64,000 bases of DNA from Felis catus (taxonomy: Eukaryota), in NCBI RefSeq assembly GCF_018350175.1, contig NC_058382.1:50036001-50100000 (forward strand), written 5' to 3'. The position numbers were made by a program, and so were the translations under genes. The notes under the pieces were generated by a model. It was not told where the DNA came from, did no database searches, and worked only from the letters and a program-made list of their open reading frames with translations. Every line of letters begins with the position of its first letter. The first letter of the stretch is position 1. This document shows, piece after piece, positions 24,690 to 37,591 of the stretch.

Positions 24690-24909
24690 TTTTTTTATTA
24701 AGAAATTTGTTTAATGTTTATTTTTGAGACAGAGAGAGACAGAGCATGAATGGGGAAGGGTCAGAGAGAGGGAGACACAGAATCTGAAGCAGGCTACAGG
24801 CTCCCAGCTGTCAGCACAGAGCCGGTTGCAGGGCTCGAACTCACAGACTGTGAGATCATGACCTGAGCCAAAGTCGGATGCTTAACCGACTCAGCCACCC
24901 AGGTGCCCC
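24690..24909 (-). mobile_element. CanSINE
   Basis: Full body; sits in tail of next SINE. Confidence 0.92.
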
Positions 24910-25113
24910 TATTTTTAATTTTTTTTAGTGTTTATTTTTGAGAGAGAGAGAGAGAGAGAGAGGCAGAAAGAGGGGTAGACACAAAATTTGAAGCAGGCTC
25001 CAGGCTCTGAGCGTCAGCACAGAGTCGGAGGCGGGTCTTGAACTCATAAACCGCCGAGATCATGACCTGAGCCGAAGTCAGAAGCTTAATTGACCGAGCC
25101 ACCCAGGCACCCC
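24910..25113 (-). mobile_element. CanSINE
   Basis: Full body; outer TSD TCATTTAGTATATTT brackets this and previous copy. Confidence 0.92.
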
Positions 25114-25165
25114 TCATTTAGTATATTTATGTTTTGCAATGTGATGAAAACAAAACCCCAACATA

Positions 25166-25406
25166 TTTTATTTTTATTTTTTATTTATTTTTATTATTTT
25201 TTTAAATGTTTATTTATTTTTGACAGAGAGAGAGAGACAGAGCATGAGCGGGGGAGGGGCAGAGAGTGAGGGAGACACAGAATCCCAAGCAGGCTCCAGG
25301 CTCTGAGTTGTCAGCACGGAGCCCCACTCGGGGCTGGAACTCACAGACTGCGAGATCATGACCTGAGCCGAAATCGGAGGCTCAACCACTGAGCCATCCA
25401 GGCACC
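25166..25406 (-). mobile_element. CanSINE
   Basis: Full body with TTTTA tail. Confidence 0.92.
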
Positions 25407-25409
25407 GGT

Positions 25410-25625
25410 ATTTATTTTTATTTTTTGAGAGAGAGAGTGTGTGCGCGCATGTGCGTGCACGTGCAACTGGGGAAGGGCCAGAGGAAGAGGGAGAGAGAGA
25501 ATCCTAAGCAGGCCCCACACGCAGCATGGAGCCCCACATGGAGCTTGATCCCACTACTGTGAGATTATGACCTGCGCCGAAATCAAGGGTCGGATGCTTA
25601 ACCCACTGAGTGACCCAGGCGCCCC
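25410..25625 (-). mobile_element. CanSINE
   Basis: Full body; outer TSD CCAACATATT brackets this and previous copy. Confidence 0.9.
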
Positions 25626-25716
25626 CTACCAACATATTATTTTGGAAGTATAGTTTAATCCTAAATAAATCATACATATACATGGAATATATGTGTATAT
25701 AAAAATAGAAAAGGTA

Positions 25717-25940
25717 GGGGCGCCTGGGTGGCGCAGTCGGTTAAGCGTCCGACTTCAGCCAGGTCACGATCTCGCGGTCCGTGAGTTCGAGCCCCGCGTC
25801 GGGCTCTGGGCTGATGGCTCAGAGCCTGGAGCCTATTTCCAATTCTGTGTCTCCCTCTTTCTCTGCCCCTCCCCCGTTCATGCTCTGTCTCTCTCTGTCC
25901 CAAAAATAAATAAACGTTGAAAAAAAAAATTAAAAAAAAA
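25717..25940 (+). mobile_element. Young felid CanSINE
   Basis: GGCGCAGTCGG..TTCAGCCAGGTCACGATC diagnostic; perfect TSD AAAATAGAAAAGGTA. Confidence 0.96.
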
Positions 25941-28369
25941 ATAGAAAAGGTATATTTAATTGGAATATATATGTGTATATAGATAGACATGTATGTATGT
26001 CTATAACATCACATGCATATGTGTTTATTGAATCACTCTTCTCTTAGGCATTCAGTTTGATTTAAATATATTTTATTAGGCATAAATATTGTACAGACAG
26101 AATGAAGAGACTTTGTTATAGTTCTTGAATCTACAGAGTTTCTTTTCACTTATTCAAATATGTAATACTTTTCAGATAATTATCTGAAGCTTTCGTTTCA
26201 TGAAGCAAGCATTCGACTTTAATTTATTCTTAATCAAAAATCCTTGAAAATTTTCTGAACAAATAATCTATTGACCTCTTGTCATCTCAAAAGAAACCAG
26301 TCTTATTTCCCCCACATATTTTATTACTTTCGATTTTTGTTAATCATACTCTAGACCATTTGGAACTTATCATTTATCTGTTTTTTAAAATTACGTTCAT
26401 CACATTCTTTTTCTCAACTTTTTAACAAAATTGATACAGACCTCAGATAGGTGCCTCTCTGGTTTCTGTTTGAAAGCACAAGAGGCTGATGGCAGCGGGT
26501 GGAGGTTTGTCTGTTTATTACCAGACCTTTAGGAGAGCATATTATGAAAGGTAGAAGATACTGCAATCAGAGCTCTAGTTACTAAGCCAAATTTCATTTT
26601 GTCAGACAGAAAGCCCCTGCACACAGCAAGAAATGTATCTGATGAATCAGCAGCTGAGCTGAAATGAGACTTATATGGATCAACTATTTGAGGCAGCTCT
26701 TTATTAGCCTTTCCTGTTAAGGAATGATAAGATGGGACATCTAGCTGTTGAGAAGTCTTTAGACCACTTTAGAATCTCCATTCCCCTATTCAATAACTCA
26801 TCCTAAATATAGGCTTGCCTTCTATGTAGTTGAGACAAGAATGAAAGAGAGTGCTACAGCTTTGACTTCCAATAGGTTGTCCCAAAAATTTTAGTAGAAA
26901 GTCTTCAGCTCCCTGAAAGTCTGTAAGGAATAACGTTTAAATTTATAGGGAACTTTTCCTACCCCATATAGAACATTGGGTTTAATGAGCCATTAGTCTT
27001 GTTTTCTTGTTTTGGAAATAAAGGAATATCCCTCCCCATTTTCAAGTCTTCTGTAGGAACTGCTTTCCTATTTTTCCACATCTTATAAACATCTAGGCTT
27101 GAAATTCACGTAGGAGTGTTACTTCTCCAGATATTTAGAGTCTCACTGCTTTTTTAAAATTTAACTCTGGAGGTTTCTGCTTCCTTCCTGAAGGTAGTAC
27201 TCTTGTCTGGCAGACTTTGTGTTGGTAACTGTCATGACAGACACCTTTAAAGATTTACTTGACATATTTGACGGAAATCAGATCAGCCTTTTGGTAGAGT
27301 GAAGAGATGAGTCTCTCTCTTCAGGAGAGAGAATTATAGCCATTTTGATCAAGAGCTGGGTGTTCAACTTCAGCCATGTATCTGCTTGGATCAGAAGAGC
27401 AAAAAGCATGTGATTATTAGAAGATGGGAGAGCAAAGGTCCAGAATTGTAGATAAACTTTTTCAGTTATTAGTAAGCTATTTTTTTTTTACTGACAATTA
27501 GAATGATGTAAGCATAAAGAAGTAAATCCCCAGAGAAGAAACACGTCTCTTTTCAAGACCACCTCTGTGTCCAGCTGAGTCACAGTTAACTCTGTGGTAT
27601 CCAAGATTCAGGAGTGAATTCTTTTTCTCTTAGAGGTAGTAATATTGATAGTGTATTTAAATTTTTAATGTGATTATGGGTTACAGGATTTGGGGAACAC
27701 AGATAGTCTTCCAGATCAGGGAGAAGGTTTTGCAATACCTCCAGGGTATAAATACACCACCAAACTTAATTGAGGAACTTGGAAGTGTAGAAGAAGACTA
27801 TCTAGGTAAACCTGAGGTCAGGGATAGGATAGAAGAACTGCCGTTGTCTGCCAAGGAAATTTGGTGAGGTCGTCTTAAATCTTTGTCAAGAAGATGTTCT
27901 TGTGGGTGAAGCCAGAGAAAAAAACCTATTCACAAAAAGGCCATAGCCACTCAGTACTATTTAGCTCTCCTTGTCTAGTGGAATATTTTATTGTTATTTA
28001 TTTATTTTTAACATAGGTTATTAGTTTCAGGTGTAAAATATAGTAATTCAGCACTTCCATACATCATCCAGTGCTCATCACAACAAGTGCATTCCTTAAT
28101 CCCCATCACCTATTTAATCCATCCCCCCCCCCCCCACCATAACCATCAGTTTGTTCTCTACAGTTAAGAGTCTGTTTCTTGGCTTGCCTATCTCTGTCTC
28201 CCCGCCCCACCCTATTTGCTCATTTTTTTTTGTTTCTTAAGTTTCACATATGAGTGAAATATGGTATTTGTTTTTCTCTGACTTATTTGCTTAGCATTAT
28301 ACTCTCTAGCTCCAACCATGTCATTGCAAATGATGAGATTTCATTCTTTTTTATGGCTGAGTAATATTC

Positions 28370-28371
<2 letters not shown>

Positions 28372-28418
<47 letters not shown>
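28372..28418. repeat. (TG)n(CG)n microsatellite
   Basis: Read directly. Confidence 0.95.
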
Positions 28419-28419
<1 letters not shown>

Positions 28420-28540
28420 ACCACATCTTCTTTAACCATTCATCAGTCGATGGACACTTGGGCTTTTCCCATAATTTGGCTATTGTAGATAATGCTGCTA
28501 TAAACATAGCATTATATGTTTATATATATATAAACATATA

Positions 28541-29018
28541 TAGATTACAGAAACTCTTTAATGACTTCCCTGATGAACCATGAGCGTATCCAGGGCAGAG
28601 ATTTGAAAGCTGACACTCCGTAGCACTTTCGAAACTTCCTTCCGTTCCTCTTCCTTCTTTGGGATGTTAGTAGTTTGCAAAAAGCTGAATAGGAGACAAC
28701 ACAATATGAACTACTACAAAAAACCCCTAACACCATACGAAATACTGAAAGAGAATATTTTAAACATGCAAATGATTACTTATCTGAATTTTAACCAAAG
28801 TAGGTAAACAAGTCTTTCAGAAAATAGGAACTTGATGGGTACATTTTGAAAGCCAGATTGGGAGATTATATATCACATTGCGCACATGGTCTTCTCTGGG
28901 TGATCTTTGGTTTTATTCTAAATAATTTATTGTAATTTACTTTAAAAAACTTACTTAAAATGACCTTTTATTTTTGTTAAATGAACGTTTATTATTTCTG
29001 TAATGAGGAACAAAAGTT
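28541..29018 (+). repeat. 478-bp templated copy of 23782-24500 inserted in L1
   Basis: 4 substitutions and one 4-bp indel vs donor; lacks donor SINE; palindromic junctions. Confidence 0.95.
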
Positions 29019-30346
29019 CTCATTACAGAGATTATATATATATATATATCCCTTTCAATTAGTACTTTTGTATTCTTTGGGTAAATGCCTAGTACAGAGA
29101 TTGCTGGATTGCACACCAGTTCTATGTTTAATTTTTTGAGAAACCTCTATTCTGTATCCACAGTGGCTATATCAGTTTGCATTCCCACCAACAGTGCAAG
29201 GGGATTCTGCTCTCTCTACATCCTCGCCAATGCTTGTTTCTTGTGTTGTTGATTTTAGCCATTCTGACAGGTGTGGGGTGATATCTCATTGTAATTTTGA
29301 TTTGCATTTCCATGATGATGAGTCATGTGGAGCATCTTTTCATGTGTCTGTTGGCCATTTGGATGTCTTTGGAGAAATGTCTATCCTTGACTCCTCCCCA
29401 TCTTTGAATTGGATTATTCATTTTTTGGGGATTGAATTGTATAAGGTCTTTATATATTTTGGATACTAACACTTTATTGGATATGTCATTTGCAAACATG
29501 TTCTCCCATTTTCTAAGTTGCCTTTTAGTTTTGTTGATTGTTTCCCTTGATGTGCAGAAGATCTTAATTTTGCTATAGTCCCAATAGTTTATTTTTGCTT
29601 TTGTTTCCCTTGCCTCAGAAGACATATCTAGAAAAAAGTTGCTATGGCCAATGTTGAAGAAGTTACTGCCTGTGTTCTCTTCTAATTTTCATTGTTTCAG
29701 GTCTCACATTTCAGTCTTTCATTCATTTTGAATTTTTATTTTTGTGTATGGTGTAAGAAAGTGGTCCAGTTTCATGTTTTTGCATGTTGCTGTTCAGTTT
29801 TCCCAGCATCATTTGTTGAAGAGACCATCTTTTTCCCACTGGATATTCTTTCCTGCTTTGGTGAAGATTAATTGACCACATAGTTGTGGGTTTATTTCTG
29901 GACTTTCTGTACGGTTCCATTGATCCATGTGTCTGTTTTTGTGCCAGTACCATACTGTTTTGATTACTACAGCTTTGTAGTATAACTTGAAGCCTAGAAT
30001 TGTGATGCTTCCAGCTTTGTTTTGCTTTGGCTATTTGGAATCTTTTATGGTTGCACACACATTTTAGGATTGTTTGTTCTAACTCTGTGAAAAATGCTCT
30101 TGGTATTTTGATAGGTATTGCATTAAATCCATAGATTACTTTGGGTAGCATCCAAGACATTTTAACAATATTTGTTCTTTCAAGCCAAGAGCATGGAATG
30201 TCTTTCTATTTCTTTGTGTCACCTTCAGTTTCTTTCATCGGTGTTTTATAGTTTTCATGTTGCTGTATTTGGTTAGGTTTTTTACCTCTTTGGTTAGGTT
30301 TATTCCTAGACATCTTATTATTTTTTTGTCCAGTTATAAATGGGAT

Positions 30347-30578
30347 TTTTTTAATTAAAAAATTTTAAATGGTTATTTATCTTTGAGAGAGAGAGGGAAA
30401 GATGCAGAGTACAAGGGAGGGAGGGGCAGAGAGAGGGAGGGAGACACAGAATCTGAAGCAGGCTCCAGGCTTTGAGTTGTCAGCACAGAGCCTGGCATGG
30501 GTCTCGAACCCACAAACTGCAAGATTATGACCCGAGCTGAAGTTGGACACTTAACTGACTGAGCCCCTCAGGCGCCCC
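30347..30578 (-). mobile_element. CanSINE nested in L1
   Basis: Full body; TSD AAATGGGAT. Confidence 0.92.
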
Positions 30579-31417
30579 CAAAATGGGATGGTTTTCTTAA
30601 TTTGTCTTTTGCTGCTTCATTATTGATGTATAAAAATGCAACAGATTCTGTACATTGATTTTGTATCCTGTGACATTACTGAATTTATCAGTTCTAGCCG
30701 TTTTTTGGTGGAGTCTTTAGGATTTTCTATACATAGTATCATGTCATCTGCAAATAGTGCAAGTTTTACTTTTTCTTACAGACTTGAATGCCTTTTATTT
30801 CTTTCTGGTGTTTCATTGCTATGGCTGAGACTTTCAATACTATATTGAATAAAAGTGATTAGGGTGGACATCTTTGTCTTGTTCCTGATTGTAGGGGGAA
30901 AACTCTCATTTCTTTTTCTCACTGAAGATGGTGTTCACTGTGGGTTTTTCATATATGGTCTTTATTAGGTTGAAATATGTTCCCTCTAAAGCTACTTTGT
31001 TAAGGGTTTTTATCATGAGTAGATATGGTACTTTGTCAAATGCTTCTTCTGCCTTTTTTGAAATGATTATATAATTGATTCTTATCCTTTCTTTATTGAT
31101 GTTATGTATCACGTTGATTGATTTGTGAGTATTGAACCATTCTTGCAAACCAGGAATAAATCCCCCTTGATCGTGTTGAATGATTCTTCTAATGTATTGT
31201 TGAATTTGGTTTACTAGTATTTCGTTGAAGATTTTGCAATAATGTTCATCAGGGATATTGGCATATAGCTCTTTTTTTTGTGGTGTCTTTATCTGGTTTT
31301 GGTATTAAGGTAATGCTCACCTCATAGTATGAATTTGGAAGTTTTCCTTCCTTTTCTATTTTTTTTGGAATAGTTTGAGAAGAATAGTTATTAACTCTTC
31401 TTTAAATGTTTGGTAGA

Positions 31418-31544
31418 GGGGTGCCTGGGTGGCCCAATTGGTTAAACATCCAACCCTTGGTTTCAGCTTAGGCCATGATCTCACGGTTCACGGAATCAAG
31501 CCCCATGTTGAGCTCTGTGCTGACAGCATGGAGCCTGCTTAGGG

Positions 31545-31575
<31 letters not shown>

Positions 31576-31660
31576 ACTCTCTCTGCCCTTCCCTGCTCAT
31601 GCTCACATGTGTGCTTTCTCTCCTGAAAATAAATAAATAAACAAACACAAATAAATAAAT
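31418..31660 (+). mobile_element. CanSINE nested in L1, without TSD
   Basis: Full body; replaces ~45 bp of L1 present in the other L1 copy. Confidence 0.92.
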
Positions 31661-31904
31661 ATTTTTTGATTATTATTTTTTGATTATTAATTTAATTTCT
31701 ATGATGGTTATTGGTCTGTTCAAATTTTCTATTTCTTCCCATTTCAGTTTTGGTAGTTTATATATTTCTAGGAATTTACCATTTCTTCTGGGTTGTCTAA
31801 TTGTTGGCATATGGTTTTTCATAATATCTTTTATAATTGTTTATTTTTCAGTTGTGTTGATTGTTATTTCTTCTCTCTCATTTGTGATTTTATTTGAGTC
31901 CTTT

Positions 31905-31905
31905 T

Positions 31906-31961
<56 letters not shown>

Positions 31962-31962
31962 T
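31905..31962 (+). repeat. (CTTT)n microsatellite within L1 ORF2
   Basis: Read directly. Confidence 0.95.
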
Positions 31963-33700
31963 GAGAAGTCTGGCTAGAAGTTTATCAATTTTATTGATTC
32001 TTTCAAAGAATCAGCTCCTGGTTTCATTGATCTCTCCTATTGTTTTTTAGTATCTATATCATTTATTTCTGCTCTAATCTTTATTATTTTCTTTCTTCTG
32101 CTGGTTTTGAGTTTTGTTTGTGCTCCTTTTCCTAGCTTCCTTGGGTATAAGCTTAGATTGTTTATTTGAGATTTTTCTTGCTTCTTGAGGTAAGCCTGTA
32201 TTGCTATAAATATCCCTCTTAAAACTGCTTTTTCTGCATCCTAAAGATTTTGGATTGTTGTGTTTTTATTTTCACTTGTTTCCATGTAATTTTTATTTCT
32301 TCTTTTATTTCCTGGTTGACCCATTCATTGTTTAGCAGGATGTTGTGTAACCTCCATGTATTTGTGGTCTCTCAAGATTTTTTTCTCATGCTTGACTTCT
32401 AGTTTCGCAGTGTTGTGGTCAGAAAAGATGTATGATATGACTTTGACCTTCTTGAATTTGTTGAGGCTTGTTTTGTGGGCTAATATGTGAACTGTTTTAG
32501 AGAATGTTTCACGTGCACTTGAAAAGAATATGTATTTTGCTGTTTTAGAATGGGGTTCTGTGTATCTGTTAAATCCATCTGTTCTAGTGTTTCATTCAAA
32601 ACCATTGTTTTCTTGTTGATTTTCTGTTTAGGTAATCTGTGTGTTGATGTAATGGGGTGTTAAAGTCCTCTACTATTATCATATTGCTATCAATTAGTTC
32701 CTTTATGTTTGTTATTAACTGTTTTATGTATTTAGGTGATACCATGTTGGGTGCATAAATATTTACAATTGTTATATCTTCTTGTTGGATTGTCCCCTTT
32801 ATTATTCTATAGTGTCCTTCTTTGTCTCTTATTACAGTCTTTTTTTGAAGATGATTTCTTCCAGCATAAGTATTGCTAGTCTGGGTTTCTTTTGACATCC
32901 ATTTGCATGATGGATGTTTCTCCATCCCCTCCCTTTCAATCTGCAAGTGTCTTTAGGTCTGAAACGAGTCTCTTGTAGGCAGCATATAGGTGGGTCTTGT
33001 TTTTTAAATCTACTCTGTCACGCTATGTCTTTTGATTGGCACATTCAAGGTAATTACTGATAGATATATACTTATTGTCATTTTATAATTTGTGATTTTT
33101 TCTGGAGATTTCTTCTGATCCTTTCTTGTCTTTATCTCTTTCATGGTTTGCTGATTTTCTTTAGTGATATATTTGGATTTCTTTCCCTTTATTCTTTGCA
33201 TATTTATTAGTGGTTTTTGATATATGGTTACTATTAGGTTTGTATATAACTTCTGCATATAGTATTCAATATTAAGTTGAGGATGGTTTACGTTTTAGTG
33301 AAATATTTGAATGTATCATGTTGAATTTTCTCTTATCCATTATGAAGCATTATAATAAAATACCTGTGGAGGAGCACTGAGTCCAATCATTGTCAATAAG
33401 ATCTAATAATCTTTTGTGCAACAGCAAGCCAATTATCACTGCGCTTGATGTTCTATCAGTTGGAGTTTTAAAAAATGACCTGGAGTTTATTTTAATTGAA
33501 GAAGTATATGCAAATCTATTTCTTTCATTCTTTCTCACTATGGAAAACAAAATCTAGAAGCATACTGTACAAAATCCAGAATTTCTGAAATTCTCGTTAC
33601 CAAGTAGTTTGCAGGTATCCAAGAAAGAAGGGCTATATTTTCATGTCCTCATGGAGTTTCATGAAGAAAATAAGTAGTTGATTTAATTTTGTGGTATTCA

Positions 33701-33866
33701 TTTTTTAAAAAATATTTATTTTTGAGAGAGAGAGAGGGAGACAGGATCTAAAGCAGGCTCTGTGCTGAGAGTGCATAGCCTGATGGGAGGCTTGAAGTCA
33801 TGAACTGTGAGTTCATGACCTGAGCTGAAGTCAGATGCTTAACTGACTGGGTCTTCTAGGTGCCCC
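33701..33866 (-). mobile_element. CanSINE (diverged, short)
   Basis: TSD TGTGGTATTCA. Confidence 0.88.
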
Positions 33867-34166
33867 TGTGGTATTCAACTTTTACTTTTAAATGGTGTTT
33901 TCAAATTTAATATTAAAAAAAATTGTTACCTTTAATATGGTATCCTCAAATGTCAGTGCTATTGGGCAGAACATAGACTTAGCATAGGGAACATGTTTGT
34001 TAATCAATTACTATTTTGAAATATCATAAAATGAATAGCGTTAGGTTTATCTACAGGAGTCAAAAAGTTAATATTAAAAAAATAAATGAATTGCTATGGA
34101 AACGTGCTTGTCACACATAATATGTTTTCAGTTGGAAGGTTTTTCTTATGTTAGAAATTGATAAAC

Positions 34167-34346
34167 TAGTTCTGTCCAATAGAACTTTCTATAATGATGG
34201 CAATATTCTATAATACAGTGGCTACTGAACACTAGAAGTGAGAATAGGAGGACTGAGGGAGTGAATTTATTATTATTTTTTTACCTTTAATTAATATAAA
34301 TTTAGATTTAGGTAGATACATATGGCTGCCATATTAGAGAACACAG
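34167..34346 (+). mobile_element. MER3-like hAT DNA transposon fossil
   Basis: CTGTCCAATAGAACTTTCTATAATGATGG..GTGGCTACTGAACAC..GACTGAGG..ATATTAGAGAACACAG. Confidence 0.7.
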
Positions 34347-34977
34347 GTATACCCTGGAAATTCAGACACTTGAAGGTTGTGATCATGTTCAGAGGAGTAT
34401 TTACAAATTATCACTATAAATGCCAGAGTGCGTTAGTGCGCAAATAAGGCTAAGTGATGACATTCTTTTTTTTTTTTTAGACACCTTCTTAGCATAGAAT
34501 CTGTATGATATTTCATAATTATTAAATCTCAGACTTTCAACCAAGCAACATTGCCGGAGATTTGAAACAATAAATCAACACTACACAAACATTTAAACCC
34601 TAGACAATCACAGAAATGTCATCAACACCTCTCTCAGTGTCCATTTCCAGTTCTGGCTTATGTTAATGTCAGGATCTTTATCTGGTACTTGGAGCCCTCA
34701 GTGTCTGACTGAAAGTCTACCACCTGGTGGGTGTAATTTGATACATACTGAACAGCTAAAAGTATGTTAGTTGCATGCACATTGCCTAGTCTGTGGTTCT
34801 TGAAGGCAAGCAGTTCAATATCTATCCCTAGCATCCTGCACAGTAAGTGGTACAGAGCAGGCAGCAGTAGATGCTTATAAACTGAGTGGTAGACTTTGCA
34901 TCTGTTTTATTCTCTAATTATTATCAAGAAAAGCTAAATGGAAATTATATGTATAATATGAATATATAAACATAACC

Positions 34978-34998
34978 ACACACACACACACACACACA
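34978..34998. repeat. (CA)n microsatellite
   Basis: Read directly. Confidence 0.85.
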
Positions 34999-35224
34999 AA
35001 TACTTTCATTTTTTATGTGACCCAGAAGAGTTCAGTGTGTAGCTCTCCCCTCTGTTGACTTCCTGTTTTGGACTTCTGCATGTTAAATGCTAAATATATT
35101 ACTAAGGGCTATGAATCTCATACACTTGGAAGAGAAGTAGATTTTCTGGAAGGAATACATAAAGTATAAAGAAATTCATGTATTTTAAAATGTTATGTGA
35201 CTTGCAAGTTGCCTTTATTTAGAA

Positions 35225-35298
35225 GCAAAAGCAAAAGCAAAAAAAAAAAAAGAAAAGAAAAAGAAAAAAAGAAAAAAAGAAAAAAAAGAAGGAAAAGC
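35225..35298 (+). repeat. A-rich low-complexity tract
   Basis: GCAAAA/GAAAAAAA repeats. Confidence 0.85.
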
Positions 35299-35964
35299 AA
35301 CCTTGTCCTTCATTAAATTGATCATGTCTGCAGCAACAGAAAAGACAACATCTGGTTCAATCATCTTTTTTGTAGTACTTGGAATACCCTTTAGGAGAAA
35401 AGACTTTTTATTTTCCTTTCCTAACCTTTCTTTTCTTACTGTATCTTTGAGGTGGTGTCACGGAATGGCAGAAATTTTGGAAAGAGGTTGCTGGCTTTAG
35501 CTTTACAGAGATAGGAAGCAAGGGCAGCAAAATGCACTGTAGTGTGCAAAGGGAGCGTTGTATCAGGACTCTAGTTATCCAGGGGAATGACGTTGTGTGA
35601 CAAGCAAAAGCCCCTTTGGTCCTCTTGAGAATCTTGGGGGAACATTCTCGGTTAGAATCTCTGAAATAACATGACAAGCTTCTTGCGGAAGGAAGGGAGA
35701 GCAGTAGCTGTCGAGATGCTGCTCATGCTTTCTTGGGGGTTGCACTGATTTCTACCAAATTGACCTTTGGCCACTTTTCTTTCATACTAAGTAATTAATT
35801 GAAGAATTTGGGGGATATGTTTCTTATGGGTGCTGAATGCAATCCAGAGTGGTTTGTATTAAAGAGAATGTCAATGTTTGGACATTTATTAGGAATCTAA
35901 GACACTCTCTCCTTGTGTTTTAGGTGTTCTGGTGGTTGTAGAAAGCACAGGTACTTCTTGGGTC

Positions 35965-36237
35965 ATTGGGTCTGGGAGAAGCCAGCTGTTCTGCCATGAG
36001 GACTTTCATACAGCCTGCCAGAGACATCCATGAAGTGAGGACATATGACTTCCTGCAAACAACCAGTACCAACTTGACATTGCATTAGTGAGTCACCTTG
36101 GAGTTCATTCTCCAGCCGCATTTAAGCTTTCATATTATTGTAGTCCTGGCCAATATGCCAAGTGCAATGTCATGAGAGACACTGAGTTAGAAGTACCCTT
36201 TCAATTTGTCCTGAATTCCTTACCCACTGAAATGGTA
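35965..36237 (+). mobile_element. MLT1E/F-like LTR fragment
   Basis: AACAACCAGTACCAACTTG..GTGAGTCACCTTGGA..CATGAGAGACACTGAG..CCTGAATTCCTTACCCAC. Confidence 0.6.
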
Positions 36238-36809
36238 GATTTTCCACTTCTTGCCATGTTGAAGTAACTGGTGCTGGGCTTGTCTTGCTATAAAAAATGT
36301 AAAAATTTTTAAAAACTGGAAAAACGTACGAAACAATGGTTTTTCAGAAATTGGGCAATAGGCGGTGAAGGACTATGATCCAGGGAAAGGGAAAGAAATG
36401 ACGTGAGCCCTACAATTGCTCTGGCTACAGTTACATGGAGATCTTTTGTGTTCTTTGGCACCAGAAAGGATAACCCAGGCAGAGTATAACATTCCCATTG
36501 AGTTGAGAAGATAGAGATTAGAGTCTGGGGAAGATGAAGTGGGTGGAATTTGCAGGGCAGGGTACTCAAGAAGAGGGAGTCATGCAGAAAACGGTTCCAA
36601 AGGTCAGAATAGGGGTCCTCTTGCATCTGTTGCTGAACACTGGGCTTCACATATGTGGGATGTGAAAGCGCCACAGGGCAGCACAAAGAACAGCTCGGGA
36701 GCTGGAAGCCCAGCAACTTCTAGAACTCACCTATGGCTGGGGTACAGTTTCCACTAAACCTTACTGCTTGGTCGACAGAGACAGGCTTTAGTAATAAGGC
36801 CCAACTGAT

Positions 36810-37021
36810 GGGCCACCTGGGTGGCTCATTCGGTGAAGTGTCTGACTCTTGGTTTGAGCTTAGGTCATGATCTCACAGTTCGTGAGTTTGACAAGCTCTG
36901 CATCGGGCTCTGTGCTGACAGCTCGAGCCTGCTTGGGAGTCTCTCTGTCTCTCTGCCCTTCCCCGCTCGCTCTCTCTCTCTCTCTCTCAAAATAAGTAAG
37001 TAACCTTAAAAATAAAAAAAA
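36810..37021 (+). mobile_element. CanSINE
   Basis: Diverged head, CT tract, A tail; partial TSD AATAAGGCC. Confidence 0.88.
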
Positions 37022-37591
37022 TAAGGCCATAGGATACTAATTCTAATACTTATTCTAATAATTCTAATAATAATATTTTAAATCTAGGCCTAATAAAGCT
37101 TAAAAATAAGCCAGCCTGGAGGTTACTTAACTCCCTGCCAAAACAAATTTCAGTATTGTCTACAGGAGGGCAAAACCTGGTAACAACGTAATACTTAAAA
37201 TCTACCATAAAATTGTAAGACATGCAGAAGCAAATATATGTAAATGAAATAAGATATATAAGTCATTCATTATAAAATATATATCTATAATTTTATTTAT
37301 GTATGTATCTCTACATATGTACATACATAATATATATACAATTATAGTTAACCAAGAAAAAAATCAGGCAAGAGACATGTACTTAGAAATAGCAAAGGTG
37401 AGAGAATTAGCTTAAGGACTTTACAATGGTTATTTTAAATCATTATGTTTAAAATAATCACTATGTTTAAAATCTTCACTTTAAACATAATTAAGACAGG
37501 AATGGAAGATATAAAAGTAAACTATGGTGAACATAAAAGTACAATATACAAAATGAAGATTTTATGGGATAGGGCTAAGAACAGCCATTGT

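Larger units (their letters stand above)
27989..33295 (-). mobile_element. 5'-truncated decayed carnivore LINE-1 (inter-ORF spacer, ORF2, 3'UTR) with nested insertions
   Basis: ORF2 fragments ([49 protein letters not shown]); collinear with L1 at 8.6-13.2 kb; TSD TAGTG(G/A)AATATTT (27976-27988/33296-33308). Confidence 0.95.
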
